Shown here one piece after another: positions 1 to 12,272 of a stretch of 64,000 bases of DNA. Below the pieces are notes generated by a model. It ran no database searches, was not told where the DNA came from, and worked only from the letters and a program-made list of their open reading frames with translations. Position 1 is the stretch's first letter; each line of letters begins with the position of its first letter. Source of the DNA: Neoconidiobolus thromboides FSU 785 (taxonomy: Eukaryota; Fungi; Entomophthoromycota); NCBI GenBank assembly GCA_025603075.1, contig MU626289.1:84086-148085 (forward strand), written 5' to 3'. The position numbers were made by a program, and so were the translations under genes.

Positions 1-775
1 GAGCTAACCAAGTAATTTATTTTGCCTTGTTTTTTTGTTTCTATTTTTAATATCATTTTCTATTTCATTTTGTTCATTTAGACTCTAGAAAACAGCATTG
101 AATTGGATATGGAAGCTGTTTCTAAATTTCAACGAGGTCAAGTATATCAAGGTGGTAATTTAAAAGAGTTTTCTAAATTAACTGGTTGGCGTGGACAGAA
201 AGTGATGTATATAGGGGATCATATTTACTCGGATTTAGTTGACCCTACCCTTCAACAAGGCTGGCGTACTGGAGCAATTATTGACGAATTGGAAACTGAA
301 ATGGAATATGCAGCTACACCACAAGCTAGATCCAGATTATCTTATTTATTACATTTAGAGCAATTATTATTATTAGCTAGTAATAACGGAGATCAAAGTA
401 AGGAATTGGGAGATTTAGTACAACAATGGAGATTAGAAAGGAAGCAATATAGAAATACTTTGAAGCAAGTGTATAATTTACAATTTGGTAGTTTATTTCG
501 AACTCATCATAATCCAACCTATTTTGCAAAAAAAGTTCGAACATTTGCAGATTTGTAAGTAATTTATTTCACCATATACTATTGTCTATTGTATTTTTAT
601 TTTTGACCTTATTTATATTGTTGTATTATCGTTAATAATCTTTTCTTTTTTATTTAGATATACTTCCAAGCTAGAAAATTTAAATGATTATCCACTGAAT
701 TATACTTTTTATCCACAACGTGATCAATTACCTCATGAATTACCTAATTTTATTAATCAAGAATTGTATTTTTGA
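1..775 (+). CDS. 5'-nucleotidase domain-containing protein (NT5DC/HAD family), 3' part only; exons ~1-11, 82-554, 658-775
   Basis: HAD motif YIGDHIYSDL and GWRTGAIIDELE. Splicing gtaagt(555)..ttag(657) gives ADLYTSKLENLNDYPLNYTFYPQRDQLPHE, the typical family C-terminus; stop TGA 773-775. The 5' end lies outside the window. Confidence 0.9.
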
Positions 776-1044
776 AATGTGTTTCAATTAATGTCTTCTC
801 ATAATCTAATTGAAATTAAAATGTTATTTCTACTAATCAAGAATAAATATTCTAATTCTTAGTATTAATGATATGTTTGATTGATTTTAATTGGTGTATT
901 TGTCTTTTGTATATAATAGTAAAAGCCATCAAACCATTTGAATAGCCTATATAATAAGCTTCTAAGTAACAAACAATAAAAGATAATAGTACAAATGAAA
1001 TAAATTTAAATTTAAACAAACTATTAGCTATAGCTTTAGGGCAT

Positions 1045-1585
1045 TTAATTTCCCACATGTTTATTAGGTTGAAAAACTCTAGTATTATTATTTCTCATAT
1101 TCATATCCTGATTTTTAGGCAGGGTATTACGTTCCAAATCCTTTTGTTTTTGACCTTGTTCAGCTCTCTTTAATTTTTCTTCTTTTAATTTTTCTTCTTT
1201 AGCATTTTCAATCTGCTCTTCTTGGTCATGTGAAAAATCTTCATTATTAGTGAGCGCTTGTTTTTCAGCGCGTGATAAATTACCAGGAAGTGGATCACTA
1301 GTTAATTGAAAATCGATTAGTCTCTTGACAAAAAGAAGAGGTAGTTAAAACTGAAATTGAAACTTATGATTATATATTATATATAACAAACTACTTACAC
1401 TTTGACACTCACATGGGGATTAGCTTGAGGTACTCGCATACCACCTACTTTAACTAAAAAGGTGGTTGTTATTAAGTCATTATATACTATTTATTAAAAT
1501 TGAATTTACCAGCAGGAGCATGACCAGCCTTTAAGGCTTGAGGGGAAGTTTCGTTAGTAACATTAGTTTTTTCAGTAGTTGGCAT
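1045..1585 (-). CDS. DAP1/DAPL1 (death-associated protein)-like small protein, 127 aa; exons 1585-1510, 1453-1399, 1297-1045
   Basis: Manual splice with GT-AG introns: MPTTEKTNVTNETSPQALKAGHAPAVKVGGMRVPQANPHVSVKVDPLPGNLSRAEKQ...NNNTRVFQPNKHVGN. KAGHAPAVKVGGMR matches the metazoan DAP1 motif KAGHPPAVKAGGMR, and VFQPNK resembles the C-terminal IQQPRK. Absent from the ORF track. Confidence 0.8.
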
Positions 1586-2885
1586 GGTTTCTTTCTTTTT
1601 TATAATTTACAATATTTTTATAATTTTAATGTTGAAGGTTGGAAGAGGTTTTTATACTTTTAGTTATTGGAAATAAAGTCAAATAAACGTCATCTAAAAC
1701 CTAAGTGTTATTCTGCTTGATTTAAGTCGCAGTCATTTATTGAACTTAGAACTTGAGATAAGTTTATTTATGGTTCAATAAACTCTTTTTGTTAGTACGA
1801 ATATTACCATATGATAACAAAAGAAATATCAACCTAATATTTAGCTGGAATAATATTTTTATTAGAATATAAAATCCACTTTTATGATAATAATAAGAAA
1901 ATAGTTGGCTTAAATTTCTATAGAATCCAATGTTTTAAAAAAGAATAGTCAAGTTTCATAATTTTTAAAACTAACAAATGACTTTAAGATTTGGGCAATT
2001 ATATTTATTGAAGTCATGCTCTATTATTCTTAATCCTTCTATTAAGAAAGTTTGAGATTAATCTCTAAAAGATACTTCTATTGATTTAAATAGTTATCAA
2101 AATAATATCATTATTATACTAAATTTCCCTTCTTATTTTTAAACTGTAGAAATTATTAGTCTACTTTATTATTGTTAAATACCGCAGCATACCAAATGGA
2201 AAAGTGAGTCAGTTTACCTTATGATTGAAAATAGACTAATGAAGTTTGCCCAATGGTTGCGAATTTGAAAACTTGGCTTTATTTATTTCAACGGGCAATT
2301 ATTTTTCCTATTATTTCAGACTATTATATTAATTAGCTTTAATAAAATTGTAGATTTCATTAAAAGATAGTAAATTTATGTTCACTATTTATTATCCATT
2401 TGTACTTATTATTCTCATTGAAGAACATCAATTTCCTTTAACTGTTACGGACTGTTTTTTTATTGTGATATTTTTTGTTCACTTTTTATGACTTAAAATG
2501 TTGATAAACTCTTAGTTCATTTTCTATATAAAAAACATGCCCCCTACCTAGTGTTTAGGCTGAAACGGATCTATTTTTAGACATGAAAGTTTGATTAAAT
2601 TAATCTATACTTTCTGATTTTAATCATTTAAATAATTATTTAATCAGTTTATAATCATTTATAGATTATAAATAAATATCTTCAAAATTTTATTTTTATT
2701 TAAAATTTATGTATCTTTGTATAAATACAATTAAAATGAAAAAGTAGACTTAAATTGTATAATGAACATATACAAGTATCTAATAATATAAATTACATTA
2801 GAATAGAAACTCAAAGAAGAATACAATACAACCCTTTTACGAATTAAAGCTATTAAAAATTAATTTATTTTCATTTTGATCTTAT

Positions 2886-3610
2886 CTATTCTTCATATAA
2901 ATCTGCCATGTCTTCATGAAGCTCAAACATAGCTTCAGATATTTCTTTTCTTAGCTCTTCCACTCTAAAATTAAATATAACAATATTAAACAAAAAAAAC
3001 AATCAAGATTTAATAATCCGCTTACTTTGCATTTAACCTTGTTTTATCTTCAGAATAATCTCTATCTTCAGTAGCGTCTAAAACAGTAGCGGTTTGCAAT
3101 TGAGCTGTCTATTGATTAATTATATCAATTTATTTAATAATAATAATAATCAAGCATATAAATTAGACTCACTGTTTCTAACAGTAACTTTTCCAATTTC
3201 AAAATATTTTCTAGTTTATCCCCTAAGTCTGGTCGTTTGTAACTAGCTTCATCCTTCAAGTTATTGATCAAAGCTAAACAATGATGAGTGAATTTTTTTT
3301 GTTCTTCTTTAAGTACTTCATTTTTTGATCTATATTCTTCAACCGAGATTTTGTTTTCAGTGTACGATTTAAAATAACTATATGTATTAAGTATTATTAC
3401 TCTTTTTTCCTTTACTTACTATTGAATTTTAACTTACTTATCTAATGATTTAAACCACCCAACACGTAACCCTTGAAGTTCAGTAAATGTTAATAATATC
3501 TCTAATACTGATATATCTTTTGGATCAAATTTTATAGCCCCTCCTTCTTTACTTGGCTGTAATATAGTTATCTCTTCAACTGTTTCAATTTCTTTGATTT
3601 CGTCAGACAT
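2886..3610 (-). CDS. REX1-B (required for excision 1-B) domain-like helical protein, ~180 aa, 4 exons
   Basis: Spliced: MSDEIKE...FTELQGLRVGWFKSLDNYFKSY...EEYRS...KRPDLGDKLENILKLEKLLLETTAQLQ...VEELRKEISEAMFELHEDMADLYEE. The pattern LQxxR..Y..RPxL..LE..LxxTAxLQ recalls the REX1-B/C19orf60 family. Introns are canonical; the family assignment is from memory. Confidence 0.6.
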
Positions 3611-3830
3611 TTAGAGAAAGTGATTAAGAAAGTTTTGGATTTGAGTTTAATAAATCAAATTTTACATTTAAAAATGAGCAGTAATATTACTATTTTTATT
3701 AAATTTGTTATACAAAAATTAAATCATATATTAATAAGAAAACAATAAAATGAAAATGATGTATTATAATTTTAATTTAAAGAATTCTATCAATAAAATC
3801 TATAAAAGAGGAAAAGCAAATGCTAACAGC

Positions 3831-6150
3831 TTATAACTCTTGATCCTTTTTTAAAGTAATAAAAGCCTTATATTCCTGTTCCAAAGCGAAATAAAGCTCT
3901 TTAGAAAGGGTCTGTTTAGCTTTTAAAAGAAGAGTGGAAGCATGATGAGAGGGAGCAGCATGATTCAAAAATGCTAAATAATCCAACCAAAGCTCAATAT
4001 CATTTGAGTCTAATCGTAATAATTTTTCATAAAGTATCTTTATCTTATCAAATTTACTATTGGCTACTTGTAGTATTCTTTTATCAAATAAACTCTTGAA
4101 ACTTTGATACATCTCTTCACTCTTTGGTTCTGATTTATCTCCATGAATATTTTGTTCATAGTCTTTTAATTCGAGTTGAATCCACTCTTTATAAAAAACT
4201 ACACTTAATGGAACCTTTTTAGAAATCCTATTACATGTTTTTTAGCAAATAAATAAACAAACTAGTTTTATATTCAATTTACCTCTCTGCTAATTCTCTA
4301 ACATAGTTTATTCCTTTTATGTCAAATGCCCATTTCAACATATTACTGTGAATGAATTCTCGACATGATCTACGTTCTTCAGCTTCCACTTCATTATTTG
4401 AATGGACAGACTCTATTTTATATAATGAATTCTATTACAATCATTAACATATTTAAATATCCATTTATATTTATCTTACCAAAAAGATTAATTCTTGTTT
4501 ATTAAAATCTGGTTTAATATCTCCTTCATATTTATCAGACGTATTATTTTCAATTGACTTAAGTGTAACATTTATATACTTTTCCCATAAATTATTGGAT
4601 ATTGGGTTGTAAATTATAGCCTCCGATAAGATAGCATTTATTTTATTAAGATCTAATACTATTAACAAAATTTAATAAATAAATAAAAGGGTTACCTTTC
4701 TCTGAAATAGTTTGTAATTTAACTAACCAAAATTCAACAATGTTAGGGTATTTCTTACATGCCTCGGTAGCTACTTGGGATACTAAAAAATAAAGAGTTA
4801 AATTGATGATTATGTATTTACAATTTACTTACAAAGCCTATCACTTTTAATACAATCTTGAATAAAATTTAGATATACAAAGTAGAACTCTTTTGTCAAC
4901 AAATAACTATCGTTTTGAGATTGAGATAACCCCTCCTTTAATACTTTTTTTAATTTGAGGCTAAAAAAGGTTTTCTAAAAAAAGTTAGCTTATTTTTGTA
5001 GATTATAATATTAGTTTTACCAAATTAGCTTCCTTGATACTTTGATAATAATTAAATAAAAATCCGACAAATAATGAAAGCAACAATGGGCTGCTTTTAG
5101 CACTTAATGCTTGTTCATATTTTTCAATACATGCTGAAAGTTTATCGACAAATTCAGCAGAGTTTTCATTTAAATGAAGCATATCTCTTTTGAAAATGAG
5201 ATCCTTAGCTCTATCATCATCCGCAAAATCAGCTAGAATGGAATTATAGATATAACTATGTAATTCTACAATTGGACTAAAACTGTCTAAAATATCTAAA
5301 AATCTAGCACGTAACTCGAAATCAGTTGGAAATTTTTGTACTGTATTATTATAAATAATTTTTGGAATAGCACCTTGAAGTAATGGATCCTCCTCTTGTA
5401 AAGAAGCATTAATTTTCCCCTCCATTTCTAACCCTTCTTCTTGATTTTCTTGATCTAAATTATCGATCTCAATAGAATGACCTTCAGCTTTATCCTTTAA
5501 TAAAATTTCCTTTCTTAACTTTAATTTTTCAATGAACTTTAACTCCAATCGAAAAAACTCTAAATACAATATTTTGTTATTTAGATTTAACCTAACTCCT
5601 CTTTGCATTAGTACACGTGCTGCTTCCATATTTAAGTTTTTTGAAAACTCAAAATTGGCTGCTTGAATCCATAGGATCTCTGCACCTGGTAATAACTTAA
5701 TTGCTTTACCATAAGCTTTCGATACTACTTTACTAGAATTCTGGGATTCTGCAAAATCAATATATTGTAACCATAATTTCAAATCCCCTTTAAATTTCAA
5801 TAATCCTCTTTCAAATAAATTGTAAATTCTTCGTACTCCAGCATAATCACTTAAAGTAGTTTTTTTATCTATAAAAAATAAAATTAATAAAATTAATAAA
5901 GTATTATTATAAACTTACTTTTGCTAAAACGAGATTTTCTTTTTACACGAAGTTTTTCTAAGTTCATTTCATACTCTATATATCGAATATAATCAGCTTT
6001 TTTAGCTATCCTTCTAGATACAGAATATTCTAAACTAGTTCTCTTTTTTACAATTTGAGCAATCTCTTTTTCATTAAATAAACTTTTGGATTTAAGATCT
6101 TCTAATTCTGGAAGCATAGCTTCCAATCTCTCTTGTACTTTTTCGGCCAT
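3831..6150 (-). CDS. UTP6: U3 snoRNA-associated protein 6 (HAT repeats), multi-exon
   Basis: N-terminus MAEKVQERLEAMLPELEDLKSKSLFNEKEIAQIVKKRTSLEY..DYIRYIEYEMNLEKLR; KFKGDLKLWLQYI; ARVLMQRGVRLN; HAT repeats across the ORF-track fragments. Confidence 0.95.
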
Positions 6151-6561
6151 CTTGTTTGTTGAACTTTTAAAAAAGATTGTTTAATAAAAGCTCTCTTTTT
6201 CATTTAATTTTCGAATTGATATAAATTAACCAATCATAATTCCATTTTTTTTTACTCAAAATTTGGAATTGATATAGTGTATATCTGTTATAAGTGATGG
6301 TATTAGTATTTAAGAAGATTGCCTAAGTTACAATAATCTTTAATGTTAATGAAAAAAGCAGTATGATATCCTCCAAATCTCATATATGCTCCCATCTAAT
6401 TAAAGATGATGAGTAATAATAAAATTAAAGTTGAGTTACACAGAATTACTTCTTAGATATTTGTGCACTTCTCAAGCTTAAAATGAAAAAAGATATTAGT
6501 TAAATGTCTAAAAAGCATATCCATATGTTACATATTAAATAGAATCAAGCTCCAGTTAATA

Positions 6562-6661
6562 ATGAGGCTTTATTTTTGTGTTTAAGAATTTTACTAACAA
6601 TCTTTCTACTTAAATAGCGCTCAAAAAATAGAAATAATGAAATCAAAAAAACATCGCCAAT
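6562..6661 (+). mobile_element. ~105 bp MITE-like repeat, copy A (degenerate)
   Basis: tatttttgtgtttaagaattttactaacaa..ttaaatagcgctcaaaaaatagaaataatgaaatcaaaaaaacatc matches the family core. Confidence 0.75.
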
Positions 6662-6871
6662 AATAGCCAAAGCTTAATAAACTAATAATCAAGACTCAAG
6701 TTTAATTTTATCACTAGTAAAAACTTAAACATAGAAAATCAATGATTTATTTTTTAACAATATAATAATAGAAAGATCATTTATATACTATACAATTGAA
6801 ATAATAAACATCAAGTTAAAGTTAAAGTTACTTATAACCTAACTCATTTATTGAATTTAATTGTGATATTA

Positions 6872-6975
6872 ATGGGAGTGTTTTTTTTGACTTCATTATT
6901 TTTTCCATTTTTTAAGCGCTATTTAAGCGGAAAATTTGTTAATAAAATTCTTAAACGCAAAAATACATCCCCAAT
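6872..6975 (-). mobile_element. ~105 bp MITE-like repeat, copy B
   Basis: atgggagtgtttttttt...gtt aataaaattcttaaacgcaaaaatacatcccca; short terminal inverted repeats. Confidence 0.85.
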
Positions 6976-7172
6976 GATAGAAATATATCAAGAAGATTAA
7001 CTATAAATAAGAAATGAGCTGACTCCTTTAGCTCAATATAAACCTACGTTTAGAGTCGAATTAAGAGAAGAGATATACTTTGAGCCTACAATTCGTACGA
7101 TCATCACAATGGTACTATGTACAGATAACGATAGTATATGTGAATGTTTTTTATCTATTACCCTTTTGTTAT

Positions 7173-7375
7173 TTTTAAAATTTGGAAATTGATTAATCAG
7201 TACATTCTTTAAGTTTGAATGTGCGCTGGTAAATGATAAATTTTATAGCCAACTACTTACTCTACCATCCTAATTTGAGACTTGTTAGTTTAACATTTAC
7301 TTTACAATGAACAATTAGCTAGCGCACATTCAAACTTAAACAATGTACTGATCAATCAATTCCCAAGTTTTAAAA
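7173..7375. repeat. Foldback inverted repeat, 55 bp arms (51/55 identical) with a 93 bp spacer
   Basis: 7173-7227 is the reverse complement of 7321-7375 with 4 mismatches (manual alignment). Confidence 0.9.
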
Positions 7376-7953
7376 AAGAACACTTGATAGAAAAATATAT
7401 TTTATAATATAATATTTCATTTTCCTCTATAATAATAACACATGTAATATAACAAATAAACCTAATTGTAAAGAGGGTCTCATAAGTTTTTAAAAAGCAC
7501 CAGAATCTTCTCTCTGTTTATTATTAGGAAAAGATTATAGCTGTATCAACTCCAATCATATATGCTTTACAAAGATCTCCAACTTCTTACTCTAAAAGAA
7601 GATCTAACAAAAATACATTATTTGGATTAAAGCTTAATTTAAAGTTACACTTAACTACAACAGAGACAAATTTGATTAAATGTACTATTGAAATGTTAAA
7701 AATAAAAATAAAACTTTTAAATTTATTTTGTAAAGTTTATTCTTATCTTTTTTAGTACATGTTAAATATATCAAAGGGTACTCAAATGCTCTGTTGGTTA
7801 TTAAAAGTTCATTTGCAAAGTATCTACTATTTTTCAAAAGGATTTTTATTTTACTTCAATCAATTATATAGTTAACAATAACATATTACAAAAATTGATA
7901 TTAATATAAACAGTAACCTCTCATTAAAACACTTATTTTTATTACAAAGCACC

Positions 7954-8161
7954 ATATGGGGATGTATTTTTTTGCTAATAATTTTACCAATAGCTTTTCC
8001 ACTCAAACAACACTTGGGGATGTATTTTTGTGTTTAAGAATTTTACCAACAAATTTTCCGCTTAAATAGTACTTAAAAAATGGAAGAAATAATCAAGTCA
8101 AAAAAAACACTCCTACTTAAAAGATAAAAAAGTGCTGAAATTGAAAAAAATACTCCCATAT
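7954..8161 (+). mobile_element. MITE-like cluster: 5'-partial copy (7954-8012), full copy (8014-8115), right-end fragment (8121-8161)
   Basis: Two successive (t)ggggatgtattttt starts; ends aaaaaaacactcct and aaaaaatactcccatat. Confidence 0.8.
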
Positions 8162-9385
8162 TTAAATCTAAATTTAAAAGTATGAATAACTTAATGTAAT
8201 ATAATTTTATACTTTAAAATCCTTTATCAAATAATGATCAAATATAGCAGAATATATAATATAACAGAATGATTAATTTAATTTAATTAGAAATATATTG
8301 ATTAAACTACAAAGTCACCGTTTTTGTATAAACTAAACAAAAATGAATAAGTGTTTTTCAAAGCTATTTTATTGCCTTTATTACTTTAATGCTTCAAGCT
8401 AGGTTGTTATTAACATTAAAATTAGTTGATCAAACATCTAGTTTTTCATTTTTATTTTATTTAATGACACATATATTCATTAGATTTATAGTATCTTTTG
8501 GTTATTTTATGCAATCAAAATATAAAGTTTAGATTTTTAATACATGTTTTATTTTTTATTTCAACTACTAATGCCCAAATAATTTAGAAACAACTTTCTA
8601 AATATTTGTTTTTATTACTTTTATATTATTTTGTGTATGTAAAATATTGCGTTAATTTGTTTAACAAGATAACATTCTAAAATTGCTACCTTATTCTGAT
8701 TATATTCTTATTGAATGTTCCTATTTTAGACTACTAAAATAACAGATACTACCATTTCTTTGGTAACTAACAATTATGTTCTGCTTTTAATATATTATAT
8801 TGTGCTTTAGTTGACTTTTTAGCTTACTTTTAAAGTGATGCTATGGAGTAATTTTGAAAATGCAATAATTCCTCCGAGTTAAATAATGTTTGAATTTGAG
8901 TGGTTCCAAACATATTTAATTATATTATATACCAAAAACAATGATTAAATACTAATATATGTACATATTGATCATATACTATTATCAATTAATTGAATTC
9001 ATATTAATTGAATATCATTTATTAAAAAATCTTGGACATTTTATTAATGTTATACTGTAATAATTTAATTTATTAATATAGTTTTTTGTTGGATAAATTA
9101 ATAATGTACATTTAATAAATTAAATACTACTGAAATTTCCTTTTTTAACTTAAAGATAACAAATTCAATCTTCTAATTGAGCATCTGATTTTGCGTACAA
9201 AACAAACCGGTTCTTAAAAGATTAATTAAGTAAAAATAGAAAGTGCCATTGAAAAGGAGGAAAAAAATATATAAACTAAAAATTGAAATCAAAATAAAAC
9301 AGCTTTTTGCTTTTTCACCTCTCCATTTTCAAAATATTTATTTTTTTATCCTAAATATAATACCAACTAATAATACTTACATATA

Positions 9386-9967
9386 ATGTCTTTCGCTTGT
9401 TTTAACTACACAAATAATATCTTTGCAGTCGACGCTAATAAAGATAATTACCTCTTAGAAGGATTATCATTTAATCAAGAGGCTTCTAAATGGATTAAAT
9501 CGGAACCAAAAGAGCATTTCCCAACCCCTCTATTAAGTAGCAGCGATTCTTTATCTGATTTGGACATTGATACGTTTACTTTTGATGGGTCTTCTCATTT
9601 ACGTTTAGACGGATATAATGATGACTTAAAGAAAGAATCAAACCAAATTAATGCCGAAGCTAAACTGATAGTAGAGTTTAAGCGTAGAGTAAGTCCATAT
9701 TTAAGTGTCCATATTGAGGACAGTGCTATTTATAAAATATATTCAAGCCACCCTTCGTTATCTGAAACCTTTTTATTTTTTGCTATTTGTGCAAGTGCCT
9801 CAATTATAGGTAATAACTATGGTCCAAAATCAGAAATAAGTATAAATTATTACTCAAAAGCACTGGAGTTAATGGAAAGCATACCGAAGAAATCAAGAGA
9901 TGAGTCTTATTTTAATGGTATATTCGTTATGCAATATTTGGGTGAATACTTATTAAGGACCCTATAA
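9386..9967 (+). CDS. Intronless 193 aa protein with a truncated fungal TF middle-homology-like module and no Zn2Cys6 domain (paralogue 1)
   Basis: C-terminal HPSLSETFLFFAICASA..YYSKALELM..RDESYFNG..YL aligns by eye with the ORFs at 15303 and 44760. TATATAAA lies ~115 nt upstream. Confidence 0.8.
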   Translation: MSFACFNYTNNIFAVDANKDNYLLEGLSFNQEASKWIKSEPKEHFPTPLLSSSDSLSDLDIDTFTFDGSSHLRLDGYNDDLKKESNQINAEAKLIVEFKRRVSPYLSVHIEDSAIYKIYSSHPSLSETFLFFAICASASIIGNNYGPKSEISINYYSKALELMESIPKKSRDESYFNGIFVMQYLGEYLLRTL

Positions 9968-12272
9968 AAAAAATATCTTTGTACTTTGTTTAATAAATTA
10001 TTTTAATATTAATCGTTCATTACTTCTATGTCTTTGGTTTTGTAGAATCTTATCCACGTGGAATCTGATATTGTTTTGACATTGTATTTCATTCATTCCT
10101 TGACTGTTGTACACGCTATAATTAGTATTCAAATTTAATATTTTATCATTTTAATATTCTTTAAGTTTTCGAAGTACTATTTCCAAGAATTATAGAAATA
10201 GAGTAAGGTTCTTCCGATATAACCCAATGATTTGTGCTGAACCTCCATTTACTTTTGTTAATTTGATGAAATTGGATTAACCATAACCAGTTTAAAAATA
10301 ACATCTTGGTCACTTGGTAATATTATTCCTGGTAAAACTTTTATGACTTAATTCGGTTGATTGTTTTTTAATTCGACATCCAAATTCTATTACTACTATT
10401 CTAAAATTAGCAAAACGGCTCTATTATCTGTGATCTTAATAATAATTTATACCATCTTGCATAAACAACTTATAGCTATGAGTAAGTTAATAAAACTTAC
10501 AATTATTTATAGAACATAACTTTTTGTTTTGTAAATGTTAAGAGAGCTAAAAATAGTCTATTGTACATATACTATCAAATAATCAAATACAAAAAGAATT
10601 CGCTATATCAATTAACTTTCACTCAACACTGAATTAAACTTTAATAAAACAGCAGTTTGGTTTTGAACTGGTATACACTAATTATCTCCAGAAAATTTTT
10701 GTTATTTGAAATTTATTCATTATTAAAATTTACTTAAAATTAGCATTATAAACCGGGGCATATTATCAGATTTTATGGATTCAATATAAATAATGGTGTA
10801 TTAAAAACTCTTTTTAAGTACACTTACACTTTAATTTAAAAGCAATTGCTGTTTCAATGGAAACCCTTTTAAGAAATTTAATATGTTTAACATACGTATT
10901 ATACACCCTTGAACTGATTAAGTGGAGTGAGAATTTTATCTTCAAATATAAAAGTACCCATGGCTTAAATTTTTACTTGGTGTTATTAGTATATTCTATT
11001 CATTTAAATTTCCGCTTTTTGCACCATTTGTCTATGTTACGATGCATTTATCTTTTTAACAATATAAATTTAAAAAAGAAATATTTTAAAGTTTTACTTA
11101 TTATTTTTCTTTCTCAAGCATTAAGGCAAGTATGAAAATTTTGATAAAAAAATTGGACAATATTGTAAAAATAAAACCATAATTTTATTTTTCTAGTATT
11201 TTTTAATACACCGCGGTTGTAGTAAAAAAAGATTTAAATAAACTGATATGATAAAATTGAATATAATTTTATACAAAACTGATCAAAATTTAAAATATTG
11301 TAACGAAAATTCTTAATTTTTTCACTTCAGTTTGTTTAAAAAATTCCCTACAATAGTCGTAATGTGTTAAAAATATCGTGTATAAAAATAAAAATTATAT
11401 ACTACAAAATTATGAATGGGATCTATCATAATTAGCATCCAACAGTTATAAGACTACACTCAACTTAAGGCGAGAAGTCGGTATTTAAGTCTTAATATCA
11501 CAAGTTTAAAGGCTTTAATAAAATAATATCTATATGTATTAAAAACCTAAGCTTACAATGTTCCAAAAATATAATTACTAGTGAGAAAATACATGTTTCA
11601 AGTTTGTCTCAGCATCAATCAGTAGAAAATTTGCACTAAATAATTACTATTAAATTTTATTAAAATTTTTTGGCATATTTAAATGATAGTATAGTTTATT
11701 AAACTGCCTTTAAACTTATTTTTGTACCAAGTCTGGTACCAAAGTTTCAACTAACTAGTTTTAATATAATATCATTTAACTAAAGGTATAGATATTAATC
11801 CTTCCTTTTACTTTTACTTTAATTCAAAGGTTTTATTTCAATAAGCTTTTATGTTTGTAAATTTTAATTTAGTGCTAATTCCTTAGTAGAATTTATTATA
11901 CAATTAAAAAATGCCTTTGCTTACAAATTCTAGTGCAAACCTATTCAAACTTGTCAAGCTTCAGATTTTTTTTATAATTTTGAAAAATAAATTTACTGAA
12001 ATAAATTTACAACATTCACTTTCCTATTTTAGTGACTGTAAATAGCTAATAAATAATTCCATCAAATAAAAAGAAGGAATTTTATGCATCATTGGGTAAA
12101 TTTTCTTAACATGAAAGTAAATGGTGTCAACAAACTTAACTAATAACGGTAACAAAAGTTATTCGGAAAATAAAAAACAATATAAACTATATAAAACATA
12201 GTAACAGTGAAGATTGAAATAGTTTGAATGTTTTTTTATTATATTTAGATTATAAGCTAATTATTATTAACA

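Noticed and set aside
852-1058. 68 aa minus-strand ORF from the track
   Set aside because: It starts in the tail of the DAP1-like gene in another frame and runs through AT-rich 3' UTR; no motif.
2205-2211. TGAGTCA (Gcn4/AP-1 site) upstream of the DAP1-like gene
   Set aside because: A single 7-mer; several are expected by chance in 64 kb.
10000-10400. Protein-like minus-strand stretch with stops downstream of paralogue 1
   Set aside because: No recognisable motif; cannot be told apart from random sequence.
10857-11135. 92 aa ORF, and similar short ORFs at 15016, 17347, 17529, 57863 and 57888
   Set aside because: F/I/L/K/N-rich translations typical of random AT-rich DNA; no motifs or splice partners.
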